Origin: Candidatus Iainarchaeum sp.
GTDB taxonomy: Archaea > B1Sed10-29 > WALL01
DNA: 64,000 bases
Direction of reading: 5' to 3'
Assembly (NCBI GenBank): GCA_023129115.1
Contig: JAGMCR010000003.1
Span: 96,001 to 160,000, forward strand
The translations under genes were made by a program, and so were the position numbers. Positions within the stretch are counted from its first letter, which is position 1. Each line of letters begins with the position of its first letter. The notes under the pieces are model-generated. The model saw nothing but the letters and a program-made list of their open reading frames with translations. It was not told where the DNA came from and made no database searches. This document shows, one piece after another, positions 1 through 8,709 of the stretch.

Positions 1-278
1 TTGTCGCCGCCATCGCGGCTGCGAACCTGATTGGCGCGTACGCGGGCTCGTGGCTGGGAAACCTAAGGGAAAGGGACGCGCTGCTCGTGGGCGTCGGGAT
101 GCTGCCGCGGGGCGGCATTGACCTCGTTATAATCACTGCCGCGAAAACTCTTGGGCTGCTCGAGGGGCCGACTGGTGACTTCGTGTTCTCGGCGGTCGTG
201 ATGGTTGTCTTGATAAGCATGGTCGTCACGCCAATCCTTCTGCACGTACTTTTCAGCCCGAAAAGGCAATACGCTTAA
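1..278 (+). CDS. Cation:proton antiporter (Kef/CPA2-type), C-terminal part, 5' truncated by window
   Basis: Frame open from window start; hydrophobic with GVGMLPRGG motif typical of CPA2 C-termini. Confidence 0.75.
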   Translation, partial: VAAIAAANLIGAYAGSWLGNLRERDALLVGVGMLPRGGIDLVIITAAKTLGLLEGPTGDFVFSAVVMVVLISMVVTPILLHVLFSPKRQYA

Positions 279-309
279 AAAGGGCTCCCAATAGAAAAGA
301 AGGCGCAAA

Positions 310-384
310 AGCGGGGTGGAGTAGTTAGGAGTGCTCGTCGGGCTCATAACCCGAAGGTCATCAGTTCAAATCTGGTCCCCGCTA
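310..384 (+). tRNA. tRNA-Met(CAT), initiator type
   Basis: AGCGGGG...CCCCGCT acceptor stem with A1-U72; anticodon arm TCGGG-CTCATAA-CCCGA with three G-C pairs; T-loop GTTCAAATC. Confidence 0.95.
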
Positions 385-1117
385 CTTTCTTTTTATTTCT
401 CTCAAAAGCCAGCTTGGCTTTTGCCAAGTGTTTCTGGTTTCTAAAACCAATCTTCTCTAACCAGAGGCCGAGGTTTCTTAAGCCATAAACGCAGAGGTGA
501 TGGGATATTACTTCTTTTTCTATTCTTTTATCATAAAACGATAAATCTAAACACAAGGAATAAGTGAAACCCTCTTCATGCAGTGCCTCTGCCACTTCTT
601 GTATTATGTGTTTAGATGCTGTGTTTAGTTCAATTACTGGGTAATACTGAATATTCTTTCCTCTCCTTTTCAGTGCAACACAAAAGTCTGTGTCGGCGAG
701 CCCCGCTATGAAGGCAGGTAGGAGGGGCCGTTCTTCCTTGATTGCTTGGGGGATTCGTAGTTTCTCGTATTTCCTACCACATGGCAGCCCAACCCCAACC
801 AAAAATTGGACTAAGGACTTGGACCAAATTCGGAACCCGTACGTTGTGCCCCCATCAACAAGGTGGGGGAGGATATCCAAATTAAAGAGTTTTTTTATGA
901 GAGGTATAAGCACTTCGTTGTAAAATGGCTTTTCGTCTTTTGGGTTGCCAACACACTTTACTTCGTAATCGGTCCCGTTTTTCTTCCTCCTTGAGACGAG
1001 AGCCCCGTCCCCTGCAAGAACACCAATAAAATAAGCGAGGTCCCTGTCGAGGGTTGTTGGGAATCTAAGCCCGCGCTTTTCATCGAATTTGCTTAATGTG
1101 GGGGAGGGCAACATCAA
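344..1117 (-). CDS. Free-standing LAGLIDADG homing endonuclease (two-motif)
   Basis: Motifs LAYFIGVLAGDG and FIAGLADTDF; AT-richer than flanks; ORF end runs antisense into the tRNA. Confidence 0.85.
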   Translation of the reverse strand: MMLPSPTLSKFDEKRGLRFPTTLDRDLAYFIGVLAGDGALVSRRKKNGTDYEVKCVGNPKDEKPFYNEVLIPLIKKLFNLDILPHLVDGGTTYGFRIWSKSLVQFLVGVGLPCGRKYEKLRIPQAIKEERPLLPAFIAGLADTDFCVALKRRGKNIQYYPVIELNTASKHIIQEVAEALHEEGFTYSLCLDLSFYDKRIEKEVISHHLCVYGLRNLGLWLEKIGFRNQKHLAKAKLAFERNKKKVAGTRFELMTFGL

Positions 1118-1211
1118 ACAAAAGACCGATTTTCTAAATAAATGGCTTGTGGTTAGGGGTTGCCGAGAACCTCTACTAACTTTTTATGCCCAAAAGTCCA
1201 ATAACTATGTG

Positions 1212-1442
1212 ATGGGCAAGCCAGTCAGAATCAAATACCATTTGGGCGAGAAGAACCCTTTGGCCGGGCGCTTCAGCAAGGAAGCAGAGGACGCTGTACT
1301 CAAAAAGTATGGGAATCTCCCCATGGCCTATATTGTTAAGGACTGCCGGCGGAAACGCAAAAGAGTTGACGAAAAAATCAAAGAACTCGGGGGACGCGCC
1401 GAGCGGCTGGTGGGGGTTGATGCGCTCGTCGCAGAGTTCTAG
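1212..1442 (+). CDS. Small basic hypothetical protein
   Basis: ORF from ATG 1212 (MGKPVRIKY) downstream of TTTTTAT TATA-like box. Confidence 0.5.
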   Translation: MGKPVRIKYHLGEKNPLAGRFSKEAEDAVLKKYGNLPMAYIVKDCRRKRKRVDEKIKELGGRAERLVGVDALVAEF

Positions 1443-1554
1443 AAGCGAACCGCGTGGTTTTTGCTGTTGGGACTGCGGTTCCCTTTTACCGGCACCCCCC
1501 ATTCTTCCAGTAATGTGGGTGTCGGGGCCCATCACGCGCGAAAAAACGTCAAAT

Positions 1555-1579
1555 TTACGTAAATATTACGTAATATTAC
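1555..1579. repeat. Tandem TTACGTAA palindromes
   Basis: TTACGTAA at 1555 and 1566, partial TTAC at 1576. Confidence 0.7.
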
Positions 1580-1794
1580 TTGGGAAACACCAGTGTGAGC
1601 GAGGAATTGCCAAGTTTCTTTAGCTTTACGTACTTTTTCAGCACGGGCTTCACAAAGTTGCCTGCGCGGTCGTGGTAGCCATAAAGGTAGTTGCAGACAG
1701 TTGCCGGGCTGACTTTTGACTTTCGGGCTAACTCGCGGATCCAGATGCCTCTGGGGTGTCTGCGGATTTCTGTGAGGACTGTCTCGGAATGCAT
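1576..1794 (-). CDS. Small HTH DNA-binding protein
   Basis: IWIRELARKSKVSPATVCNYL helix-turn-helix signature. Confidence 0.75.
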   Translation of the reverse strand: MHSETVLTEIRRHPRGIWIRELARKSKVSPATVCNYLYGYHDRAGNFVKPVLKKYVKLKKLGNSSLTLVFPK

Positions 1795-1814
1795 GGAATC
1801 ACTGTTGGGGAATC

Positions 1815-1898
1815 AAAAATTAATTGTTAATTATTAATTAATTATTGAACACTGTTCAATTATTACTTATTACTTACTTAATCACTTATTAAACTTTT
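1815..1898. promoter_or_regulatory. Very AT-rich upstream region with ATTGAACA-C-TGTTCAAT palindrome (putative operator)
   Basis: Inverted repeat 1844-1860 within TTAATTA/TTACTTA repeats upstream of the HTH gene. Confidence 0.5.
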
Positions 1899-1907
1899 GG
1901 TTTTGCT

Positions 1908-2555
1908 TCACTCACTACCTTTCCCAACAGCTAATTCGCTGAGGAATCCCTTTGCCTCGTCAACGCTTGGCCGGAAGGGGAACTTAATTTCCCTAAACTC
2001 ATAGCCGAAGTCAAGCACGTGCTCCAAAAACTCAATTTCCCTGTAGTCAAAGGGGAGTACGTACAGGTGGAGGCGGAGGTCATCCTTTTGCTTGGCGTCT
2101 GAGGCAGCCATCAGCAGGTTCAGCATTTCCCAAGTATAATTCGCGGGCTTTGGGAAATGGTATAAGAGCGCATTCGCCTCAAAGTTCATTTCGCCGCCAG
2201 GAACCGGCAAGCTAATGATTGGGGGGTGGGAGTCGTACGAATAGAGGAAGTTTGTCTGGTAGAGCTCGCCCACCTTGCGGGGCACCGGATTTCCTGCGGC
2301 GCGGTTGCCCTTTGTAGTCATCTCCCTAGCGCGTTCCCAACAGCTGTTTTGCGGCGTATACTTAATTAAAAGCCCTGCAGACAGCAGTGGCGCCACGAGT
2401 GAGCGCACCGGCTTCCCTAGCTTTTCGCCGGGGGTCTTTGGGTAGAAGCCCGGGAGGGTCTTCAGGTGCCTCGCAATGCCTGCCACGGTCCTTGGGACTT
2501 GCCCGGAGCAATACACCAGCACTTCCCTCCGGGCTATCCCCCCATCAAAGCCCAC
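1908..2555 (-). CDS. Hypothetical protein with N-terminal winged-helix-like region
   Basis: RTVAGIARHL...LLSAGLLIK pattern; 215-aa ORF with upstream TATA-like box. Confidence 0.55.
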   Translation of the reverse strand: MGFDGGIARREVLVYCSGQVPRTVAGIARHLKTLPGFYPKTPGEKLGKPVRSLVAPLLSAGLLIKYTPQNSCWERAREMTTKGNRAAGNPVPRKVGELYQTNFLYSYDSHPPIISLPVPGGEMNFEANALLYHFPKPANYTWEMLNLLMAASDAKQKDDLRLHLYVLPFDYREIEFLEHVLDFGYEFREIKFPFRPSVDEAKGFLSELAVGKGSE

Positions 2556-2652
2556 GCACAGCCCCCATCAAAACCATTGGACTATTGTAGTTTAAGCACT
2601 AATATAAACTTTTATGTAAACAGAACGGTGACTTAAAACCATTTTTTTTGGT

Positions 2653-3825
2653 TTAGAGTTTTTGGGCGGATTCCTCAATTCTGTCAAAGGCTTGCTTGAT
2701 TAGTGAGTATTCTGTGGCATAGCTCAGGCGTATGAATCCTTCACCGTAGCGGCCGAATTCTGTGCCTGGGACAGCCAGGACCTTAGCGTCTTTGAGCAGG
2801 AACTCGCAGAATTGGCCGGAAGTAAGCTTTTTGCCACGTTTCTTGAAGTGTATGCTTGGGAAGGCATAAAACGCGCCGTCTGGCTCGACTAGCTCAAACC
2901 CCGGGATAGCGCCTAGGCGCTTCACCACGAGCTTTCTGCGGCGGTCGTACTCCCTCCGCATGCGCTCTACGCAGCCCTGCGAGCCCGTGAGCGCGTGGTA
3001 GCCTGCGATTTGGCTCATTGTGGGGGCAGTAAGCGTGGTGTAAGTGTGCAGCCGTGTCATTGCCTTGATGAGCTCCTCTGGCCCAACTGCGTAGCCGAGG
3101 CGGTAGCCAGGCATGGCATAGCTCTTGGAAAAGGTCTGGAAGGTGACGCAGTGGTTTTCCATGCCGTTCAGTGAAGCCATTGAGTGGTATTTGCCCTCGT
3201 AGACCAGCTTTTCGTACGCCTCGTCCATGAAAACAAGGAAGTCGTGCTCGATTGCGATGTCGGCAAGCTCCTCAAGGCGTTTTTTCTTGAGCACTGTGCC
3301 GGTGGGGTTACTCGGCGACGACAGCACTATTGCCCGGACGCGCTTCGGGTCCTTGATGGCGGCTTCAATCGCGTCTGTGTAGAGCTGGAACCCGTCCTCT
3401 TCCTTCAGCGGGATAGAGATAGGGTATGCGTTGAACGCCTCAACCGTCGGGATGTAGCTCAGGAAGCAGGGGTCCGGGACAAGCACTTCTTCGCCGGGGT
3501 CGAGAATGCTCATGAGCCCGAGGAAGATGGCCTCGTTCGAGCCGCACGTGACAATGATGTTTTTGTCGGGGTCGATGCCCACGCGGCGGTCTTTCCTAAA
3601 CTTTTTGGCTATTGCCTCACGCAGCTCGGGCCTGCCGGCCATTGAGGAGTAATGGGTTTTTCCCGCGTCAAGCGCGTTTTTCGTGGCCTGGCGGATGAAC
3701 TTGGGCGTGTCGAAGTCTGGCTCCCCCGGCCCGAGGGAAATCAGGCCCTTGGCTTCGGCGGCCAGCCGCAGGATTCGCACGAAGTTGCTGTCCCGCAGCA
3801 GCAGTTGCCTTTCAGCGATTTGCAC
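2653..3825 (-). CDS. PLP-dependent aminotransferase class I/II
   Basis: GEPDF, NPTG, DEAY, SKSYAMPGYRLG motifs; likely GTG start at 3825. Confidence 0.92.
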   Translation of the reverse strand: MQIAERQLLLRDSNFVRILRLAAEAKGLISLGPGEPDFDTPKFIRQATKNALDAGKTHYSSMAGRPELREAIAKKFRKDRRVGIDPDKNIIVTCGSNEAIFLGLMSILDPGEEVLVPDPCFLSYIPTVEAFNAYPISIPLKEEDGFQLYTDAIEAAIKDPKRVRAIVLSSPSNPTGTVLKKKRLEELADIAIEHDFLVFMDEAYEKLVYEGKYHSMASLNGMENHCVTFQTFSKSYAMPGYRLGYAVGPEELIKAMTRLHTYTTLTAPTMSQIAGYHALTGSQGCVERMRREYDRRRKLVVKRLGAIPGFELVEPDGAFYAFPSIHFKKRGKKLTSGQFCEFLLKDAKVLAVPGTEFGRYGEGFIRLSYATEYSLIKQAFDRIEESAQKL

Positions 3826-3862
3826 GCACAAATAAATACATGGGGTGTTAATAAAGGTTATT

Positions 3863-4606
3863 ATGAGGGCTGCACTGCTTTCGACCCCAAAGTTCAAGAA
3901 CCTCGCCGAGGTAAAGCGAATACTGGAACTAAGGGGGTGGTCCCTTGTCAAAGCCAACCCCGATTACGTAATCACAGTCGGCGGGGATGGCTCCATCCTA
4001 TACGCAGAGTCAAAATACCCCGGCGTCCCCATAATCTCACTGAATGCGGGCGAGCTCGGTTTCCTGGCCTGCAACGAGATAGATATGCTTGAAGAAGTAC
4101 TCAGCGCCGTGGAGAAGGGCAAAATGCTTGTGGATAAGCGGGAGAAGCTAGAATTCACAGTAAAAGGCAAAAAGCGGCGCGCTTTGAACGAGGTTCTTGT
4201 GACGAGCTCCACCGCGGGCAAGGCCCTCAGGCTGAACATTGAGATAGACGGCGAGCCCCTGGGCTTCTTTGTGTGCGACGGCGTGCTTGTATCGACGCCA
4301 ACTGGCTCCACAGGCTATAACCTGAGCTGCGGTGGGCCAGTGCTCGAGCCAGGGAGCGGGGCAGTGGCGATTACGCTCATCAGCCCCCACCTGTCAAGGG
4401 TGAACAGCGTTGTGGTGTCAAGCAGCAGGAAAATCACTGTCTCGTTCGCCAGGGAAAACCCGGGCATAACCGTGGTTGCTGATGGCCTGGAGTCAGTCAA
4501 AATAAGCCACAGCGAAAAAGTGCTGATTACACGGGCTAAAGGCAAGGCTAAGCTGGTAAAGCTTTCCCGCAACTACTTCTCTCGCCTCGAAAAGCTGTTC
4601 ACTTAG
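3863..4606 (+). CDS. nadK: NAD(+)/NADH kinase
   Basis: GGDGS, GELGFL, ALNE, DGVLVSTPTGSTGY motifs. Confidence 0.93.
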   Translation: MRAALLSTPKFKNLAEVKRILELRGWSLVKANPDYVITVGGDGSILYAESKYPGVPIISLNAGELGFLACNEIDMLEEVLSAVEKGKMLVDKREKLEFTVKGKKRRALNEVLVTSSTAGKALRLNIEIDGEPLGFFVCDGVLVSTPTGSTGYNLSCGGPVLEPGSGAVAITLISPHLSRVNSVVVSSSRKITVSFARENPGITVVADGLESVKISHSEKVLITRAKGKAKLVKLSRNYFSRLEKLFT

Positions 4607-4910
4607 TCCTTCCGAGAAGGCTCCTTCGTGGGGTGTAGCTGGGCTTGGCCTCAGCCCCTCCTTCTTCAACGACCCCACTGCTCGCGCCGAGTATTACGAT
4701 GTCCCCGACCGCAGAAACGTTCTTGTAAAGGACGCTCTTTTCCTTGAGCACTTCCTTTGCCTTTTCCTTCGAGACAGAACGGAGTGGCTCAGTGGTGAGC
4801 CGGACAATCTTCCCGGTCTCGAGGTTAAGTATGATGTCGTTTACCTTGCCCACGTACTTCGCGCCCTCGGAGTAAATGTCAATGCCGTATAGCTCTGAAA
4901 TGTGCATCAT
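4599..4910 (-). CDS. PRC-barrel domain protein (CdpB-like)
   Basis: LYGIDIYSEGAKYVGKVNDIILN...AVGDIVIL PRC-barrel pattern. Confidence 0.8.
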   Translation of the reverse strand: MMHISELYGIDIYSEGAKYVGKVNDIILNLETGKIVRLTTEPLRSVSKEKAKEVLKEKSVLYKNVSAVGDIVILGASSGVVEEGGAEAKPSYTPRRSLLGRTK

Positions 4911-4985
4911 TCCCATGCGCCTCCAATGCAAAACAATATAATGCCTGCCCCATTAAATAAGCGAAGGGGGTTTATAAAGGTTATC

Positions 4986-5621
4986 ATGGCGAAAATCGAG
5001 CGCTTCAAGACAAAAGACAAGGCAATTTCAATAGTGGGCACGGGCCATGTCCTCCGAAAGTCGCTCCAGGCGGTCAAATCCGAGATACAGGACTTCGCGC
5101 CGGACGCGGTCGCCCTCGAGCTGGACCTGGGGCGCTTCCTCGCCCTGACCCAGCGCACGAGGCCGCGGCCCAAGGGCTTTGTAGAGGTGCTGCTGTTCGA
5201 GCTGCAGAAGCAGGCGGGCAAGACCACCGGCGTTAAGCCGGGGGCAGAGATGGTCGCGGCTGCGCGCGAGGCCAGAAAACATGGCATCCCAGTCGTCCTC
5301 GTGGACCGCGACATCCGCGTCACGCTCAAGCGCGCTTTACGTAATATGACGCTTTCAGAAAAGGTGAAGCTCTTGACCGGAATCATCGGCGGCTTCTTTG
5401 AGGTGAGGGACAAGGCCAGGCTCAACACCCTGATTGACCAAAAGGACGAGCTCATGGTCGAGTTCAAGCGCGAGCTCCCGTCTGTCTACAAGGCGTTGGT
5501 CACCGAGCGCGACGCCTATATGGCAAAAGCAATTTCTTCGCTTCCCTACAGCAAAGTCTTGGCAGTTGTCGGCGCCGGGCACATCGCAGGAATAAGGAAG
5601 CGGCTCGAATACCGGAAGTAA
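4986..5621 (+). CDS. TraB/PrgY/GumN family protein
   Basis: GTGHV, VALELD, PGAEM, ERDAYMA, VVGAGHIAGI motifs. Confidence 0.88.
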   Translation: MAKIERFKTKDKAISIVGTGHVLRKSLQAVKSEIQDFAPDAVALELDLGRFLALTQRTRPRPKGFVEVLLFELQKQAGKTTGVKPGAEMVAAAREARKHGIPVVLVDRDIRVTLKRALRNMTLSEKVKLLTGIIGGFFEVRDKARLNTLIDQKDELMVEFKRELPSVYKALVTERDAYMAKAISSLPYSKVLAVVGAGHIAGIRKRLEYRK

Positions 5622-5633
5622 GGGGGTAAGGGT

Positions 5634-5718
5634 TTATGTAATATTACGTAATATTGCGCAACTTTACGTAATATTACGTAATGTGGCTTAGTTGACGCGT
5701 AAAGTTTACGTAAACTTT
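5634..5718. repeat. 10-bp-periodic array of TTACGTAA-type palindromes
   Basis: Units at 5634 (TTATGTAA), 5644, 5654 (TTGCGCAA), 5664, 5674; 18-bp palindrome AAAGTTTACGTAAACTTT 5701-5718. Confidence 0.85.
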
Positions 5719-5728
5719 ACCAATGCCA

Positions 5729-6412
5729 TCACAGCTCTTTCAGGAGCCGGTATTTGGTTTTTCTCCCGCTTTTCACGGATTCCACGTAACCCGCCGCCTG
5801 GAGTGCCTTTAGGCGGCCCCAGATGTACTGCCGCGTCAGCCCTATCTCCTCTGCGAGGCCGATGGTGCTCAGCTCACTCTCCCCCAGCGCGTTAATTATC
5901 TTCTCGTCGCACTCCAGGAGATCGATTTTTTCATCTATCTCGTCAAGTGCTTTCACCTGACGCGTCAACTCATGCCTTGACGTGTCAACTTGACGCGTCA
6001 ACTCACCCCTCGTTGCCCGTAAATCTTCGAGTTTGTCGCCCAGGCCGTCAATCCCTACCAAAACGCGGTCTCCCTTGGAAATGTCTTCGTGGACCATGGC
6101 CTTCAGGTCGTCTATATCCTGTTTCGTGGCTACTTTGCCGTCTATCACTATAACGCGGTCGTTCATGGACTTATAAATCTCTTCGAGCTTGGATATCCGG
6201 TCCTGAATCGTCAAAAGGGGGTGCTCGACAGCCGGGCTGTATACCCTGGGGGCCTGCACCTCCATACTCTCCATTAGCATAGTGGCTTCTGGCGTGTTTT
6301 TTTGCTCGTGCCTCTTGGAAAGCGTCTTCTTCAGCTCAGACTCTTCCAGCGTTGGCTTTGCCTTTGTCTTTTTGCTCTTCTTGCGTAAGAAGTCGAACAT
6401 GCCCATGCCCAC
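5729..6412 (-). CDS. Coiled-coil protein with C-terminal winged HTH
   Basis: Heptad-rich centre; LSTIGLAEEIGLTRQYIWGRLKALQAAGYV-SGRKTKY wHTH. Confidence 0.75.
   Translation of the reverse strand: MGMGMFDFLRKKSKKTKAKPTLEESELKKTLSKRHEQKNTPEATMLMESMEVQAPRVYSPAVEHPLLTIQDRISKLEEIYKSMNDRVIVIDGKVATKQDIDDLKAMVHEDISKGDRVLVGIDGLGDKLEDLRATRGELTRQVDTSRHELTRQVKALDEIDEKIDLLECDEKIINALGESELSTIGLAEEIGLTRQYIWGRLKALQAAGYVESVKSGRKTKYRLLKEL
5958..6002. repeat. Three intragenic TGACG(C/T)GTCAAC palindromic repeats
   Basis: Copies at 5958, 5978 and 5991 inside the wHTH CDS. Confidence 0.75.
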
Positions 6413-6621
6413 TTCTTATAAATGTTCTCAAATAAATACGTTATGTTACGTAATGTGACGCGTTGTTTACCAGCCACTTGACGCAAATCAGCCCCTTTTT
6501 TGGTGAGAGCGGGAAAACCCTACAGGATTTCCCAGCACCGGCTCTCACAACACAAACCCTCACTTTTTCACTATTTTGATTAAAACTATAACACCCACTC
6601 ACTTTTTGTTTTTCAGCTTAT

Positions 6622-6647
6622 GGGGGGCCGCCAATTGGCGGCCCCCC
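6622..6647. repeat. 26-bp perfect palindrome (family copy 1)
   Basis: GGGGGGCCGCCAATTGGCGGCCCCCC. Confidence 0.85.
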
Positions 6648-6904
6648 GTTGGCGGCCTCTCACGTTTGCCCTTCCGCCAGTAACCACTCCCTTTTTTGGT
6701 TTTCTCAAGTCACCAGCCGGCCCAAATCCGCTGCCTCTCACTTTTCAGCTGTTGGGAGTTGCATTGGGTACAGCCCCCACAACTGCCTGGCCCGCCAATG
6801 GTCCAACCCTCACTTTTGCTTTTTTGGCCTTTGTGGAAGCCAGCCCCCCGTGCGGCCAGGCGCAGGCCCACTCCCAACACGCACTTTCGTGTTTTCAGCA
6901 CTAA

Positions 6905-6930
6905 GGGGGGTCGCCAATCGGCGGCCCCCC
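6905..6930. repeat. Imperfect copy of the GC palindrome (copy 2)
   Basis: GGGGGGTCGCCAATCGGCGGCCCCCC. Confidence 0.8.
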
Positions 6931-7297
6931 AAGTTTCTTTTGCTGGCCCCGCCTGGGACCCACTTTTTGGCCTTATTTACCCACTCTAACTCACTCCCAA
7001 CACCCATTTTGCCCCCAACCCCCTTATTCTCACTTTCTGGCTTCAAAACCCTTTTTTGATGTTTGGTTTCCCGGTTTTTTGCCTGGGGAGGGGGGTTTTT
7101 TCGCTGGCCCACACTTTTCCCGGTTTTTTGATTCCACGAGCCCGAACTCTCACTTTTCCTTAATCCTCAATTCAACTCCAAAATATATTTTATAAAATAT
7201 AAAATACGTAATATGTTACTCCAATATTATTGCACATCTTCGAAACACCGAAATAGAAAAGGTTAAATAGCTGTTCCAACACATATTTTCCAGTGAA

Positions 7298-7570
7298 GTG
7301 ATGCACATGGAGCCGAGTTTGTTCTTGCACGAAAAGCCCGTCAGGGCCATTGTAGCGCTGTCTGACACGAAGAGGACGTGGTACGCCCATTTGCTTTCCA
7401 AGGAGATTGACTGCAGCTATGCCCATCTGGCGAAGGTGCTGGACCAGTTCGAGGAGAATGGGCTGGTCGAGTTCCACAAGGAGGGGCGCGTGAAGCTCTT
7501 GAGCATGACCAAAAAGGGCGAGGAGCTGGCGCACGACCTCGAGACCGTGCTGATGCGGCTGTCAAAGTGA
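7298..7570 (+). CDS. Winged-helix (MarR-like) DNA-binding protein
   Basis: LSKEIDCSYAHLAKVLDQFEENGLV..EGRVK..MTKKG. Confidence 0.85.
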   Translation: MMHMEPSLFLHEKPVRAIVALSDTKRTWYAHLLSKEIDCSYAHLAKVLDQFEENGLVEFHKEGRVKLLSMTKKGEELAHDLETVLMRLSK

Positions 7571-7623
7571 CCGGAAAAGAGTTTGGTCTTCCCCCAAAGA
7601 ATTTGTCAGAAGATTGCTGCAAT

Positions 7624-8094
7624 TTATACGCCTAGTGCGAGCACTGCCATGAGCAGCATTTCCTCGTCGTCCTTGGTTATGCCGGTGTATTCGCCTTCTA
7701 TGCCCTTCCCGAGGTTGGAGAGGATGGGGATATAGACGCCTTCAGGCCTTATGACGCCGACCTGCTTGCCGTCCTTGACTATCTCAAAGTGCTGCTTGAA
7801 GAGGGTCTCGCGCTCCTTGATTTCGAAGGATTTCTTGGCCTTGTGGTAGACGTCGAAGTGCGTCATGAAGCCAATTTTTTCCTCTACTTTGCCAATGTAC
7901 TCGTTTTCGCGGTAGACTTTGGCGCCGCGGATTACGAGGCCAGAGCGGACTATGGTGTAGTGGGTGGGCCCCCAGTCGACGTCGAGCACGTCCTTGTAGA
8001 AGGGCCTGATTGCGTGTATGGTTTCGTCGCCGGTCTTCCTCCTTACCTTCAGCCGCGCCTTGCGCAGCTCCGAGAATAGGCTAAAGCTTGCCAT
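7624..8094 (-). CDS. Hypothetical protein (possible LURP-one/Tubby-C-like fold)
   Basis: Repeated beta hairpins (IGKVEEK, VGVIR) with terminal hydrophobic helix. Confidence 0.5.
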   Translation of the reverse strand: MASFSLFSELRKARLKVRRKTGDETIHAIRPFYKDVLDVDWGPTHYTIVRSGLVIRGAKVYRENEYIGKVEEKIGFMTHFDVYHKAKKSFEIKERETLFKQHFEIVKDGKQVGVIRPEGVYIPILSNLGKGIEGEYTGITKDDEEMLLMAVLALGV

Positions 8095-8095
8095 G

Positions 8096-8443
8096 TTAAC
8101 TCCTCCACCTGTTGACGAATGCCTGCCAGATGTCCGCCATTTCTTGGCAGCGGTTGCCGAACTGCTCGCTCATTATCCAGTCGCCGCTCCTCTTGGTGAT
8201 GAGGCCGGCGTCCCTGAGCTTGGACAGCATGGTGTAGTACTCCTGGTGCGTGGAGCCGAGTTGTTTCTGCATCTCGGCCCATTCTGCGTCCGGAATGCGC
8301 TTCCTCTCGATGAGCGCGTAGACGAGCTTCTCCGCTTTTTTGGACAATTCGGGCTTGCGGTAGAACAGGTTCTCGAGGATTGTCCGCAGGTCCGGCACGC
8401 GCTCCCGCGCCTTGATTTTGATGGTTGTCTCGTACTTCACCAT
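8096..8443 (-). CDS. Hypothetical winged-helix-like protein
   Basis: YYTMLSKLRDAGLITKRSGDW pattern; start probably ATG 8443 or 8479. Confidence 0.6.
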   Translation of the reverse strand: MVKYETTIKIKARERVPDLRTILENLFYRKPELSKKAEKLVYALIERKRIPDAEWAEMQKQLGSTHQEYYTMLSKLRDAGLITKRSGDWIMSEQFGNRCQEMADIWQAFVNRWRS

Positions 8444-8709
8444 TTGCCTAGCCCTTAATGCGCCAGTATATTTATCCATTTCGGTATCACCCCGGAACAG
8501 TCCTCGCACCCGCCAGCGAGCACGCTTTCCCCGGTCTAGCTCTTGCCGTAATACACCGGTTCCGGGCTCGGCTAAGCCTGGTTGCCGGCGAAAACACCAC
8601 GGAAAAGCACAACCACGCATTCCAGTCCGGCATCATGCCGTAATCCCATCCCGCAGGAAGAAAGCTTTTTTATTCTCGCCCGCCACAACTTATTCACTTG
8701 GTGATATTC

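Larger units (their letters stand above)
6413..7297. other. ~885-bp non-coding, pyrimidine-skewed region with oriented CTCACTTT repeats and GC palindromes
   Basis: No credible ORF; CTCACTTT at 6559, 6598, 6737, 6809, 7029, 7149; AT-rich block ~7180-7270. Confidence 0.65.

Noticed and set aside
385-2650. Integrative element at tRNA-iMet
   Set aside because: No integrase and no duplicated tRNA 3' end seen in the window
6620-7112. Several 60-136 aa ORFs in the non-coding block
   Set aside because: Low-complexity translations in overlapping frames; no RBS or motif support
5634-7160. Possible CRISPR array
   Set aside because: Repeats are 8-12 bp without unique regular spacers; no cas genes
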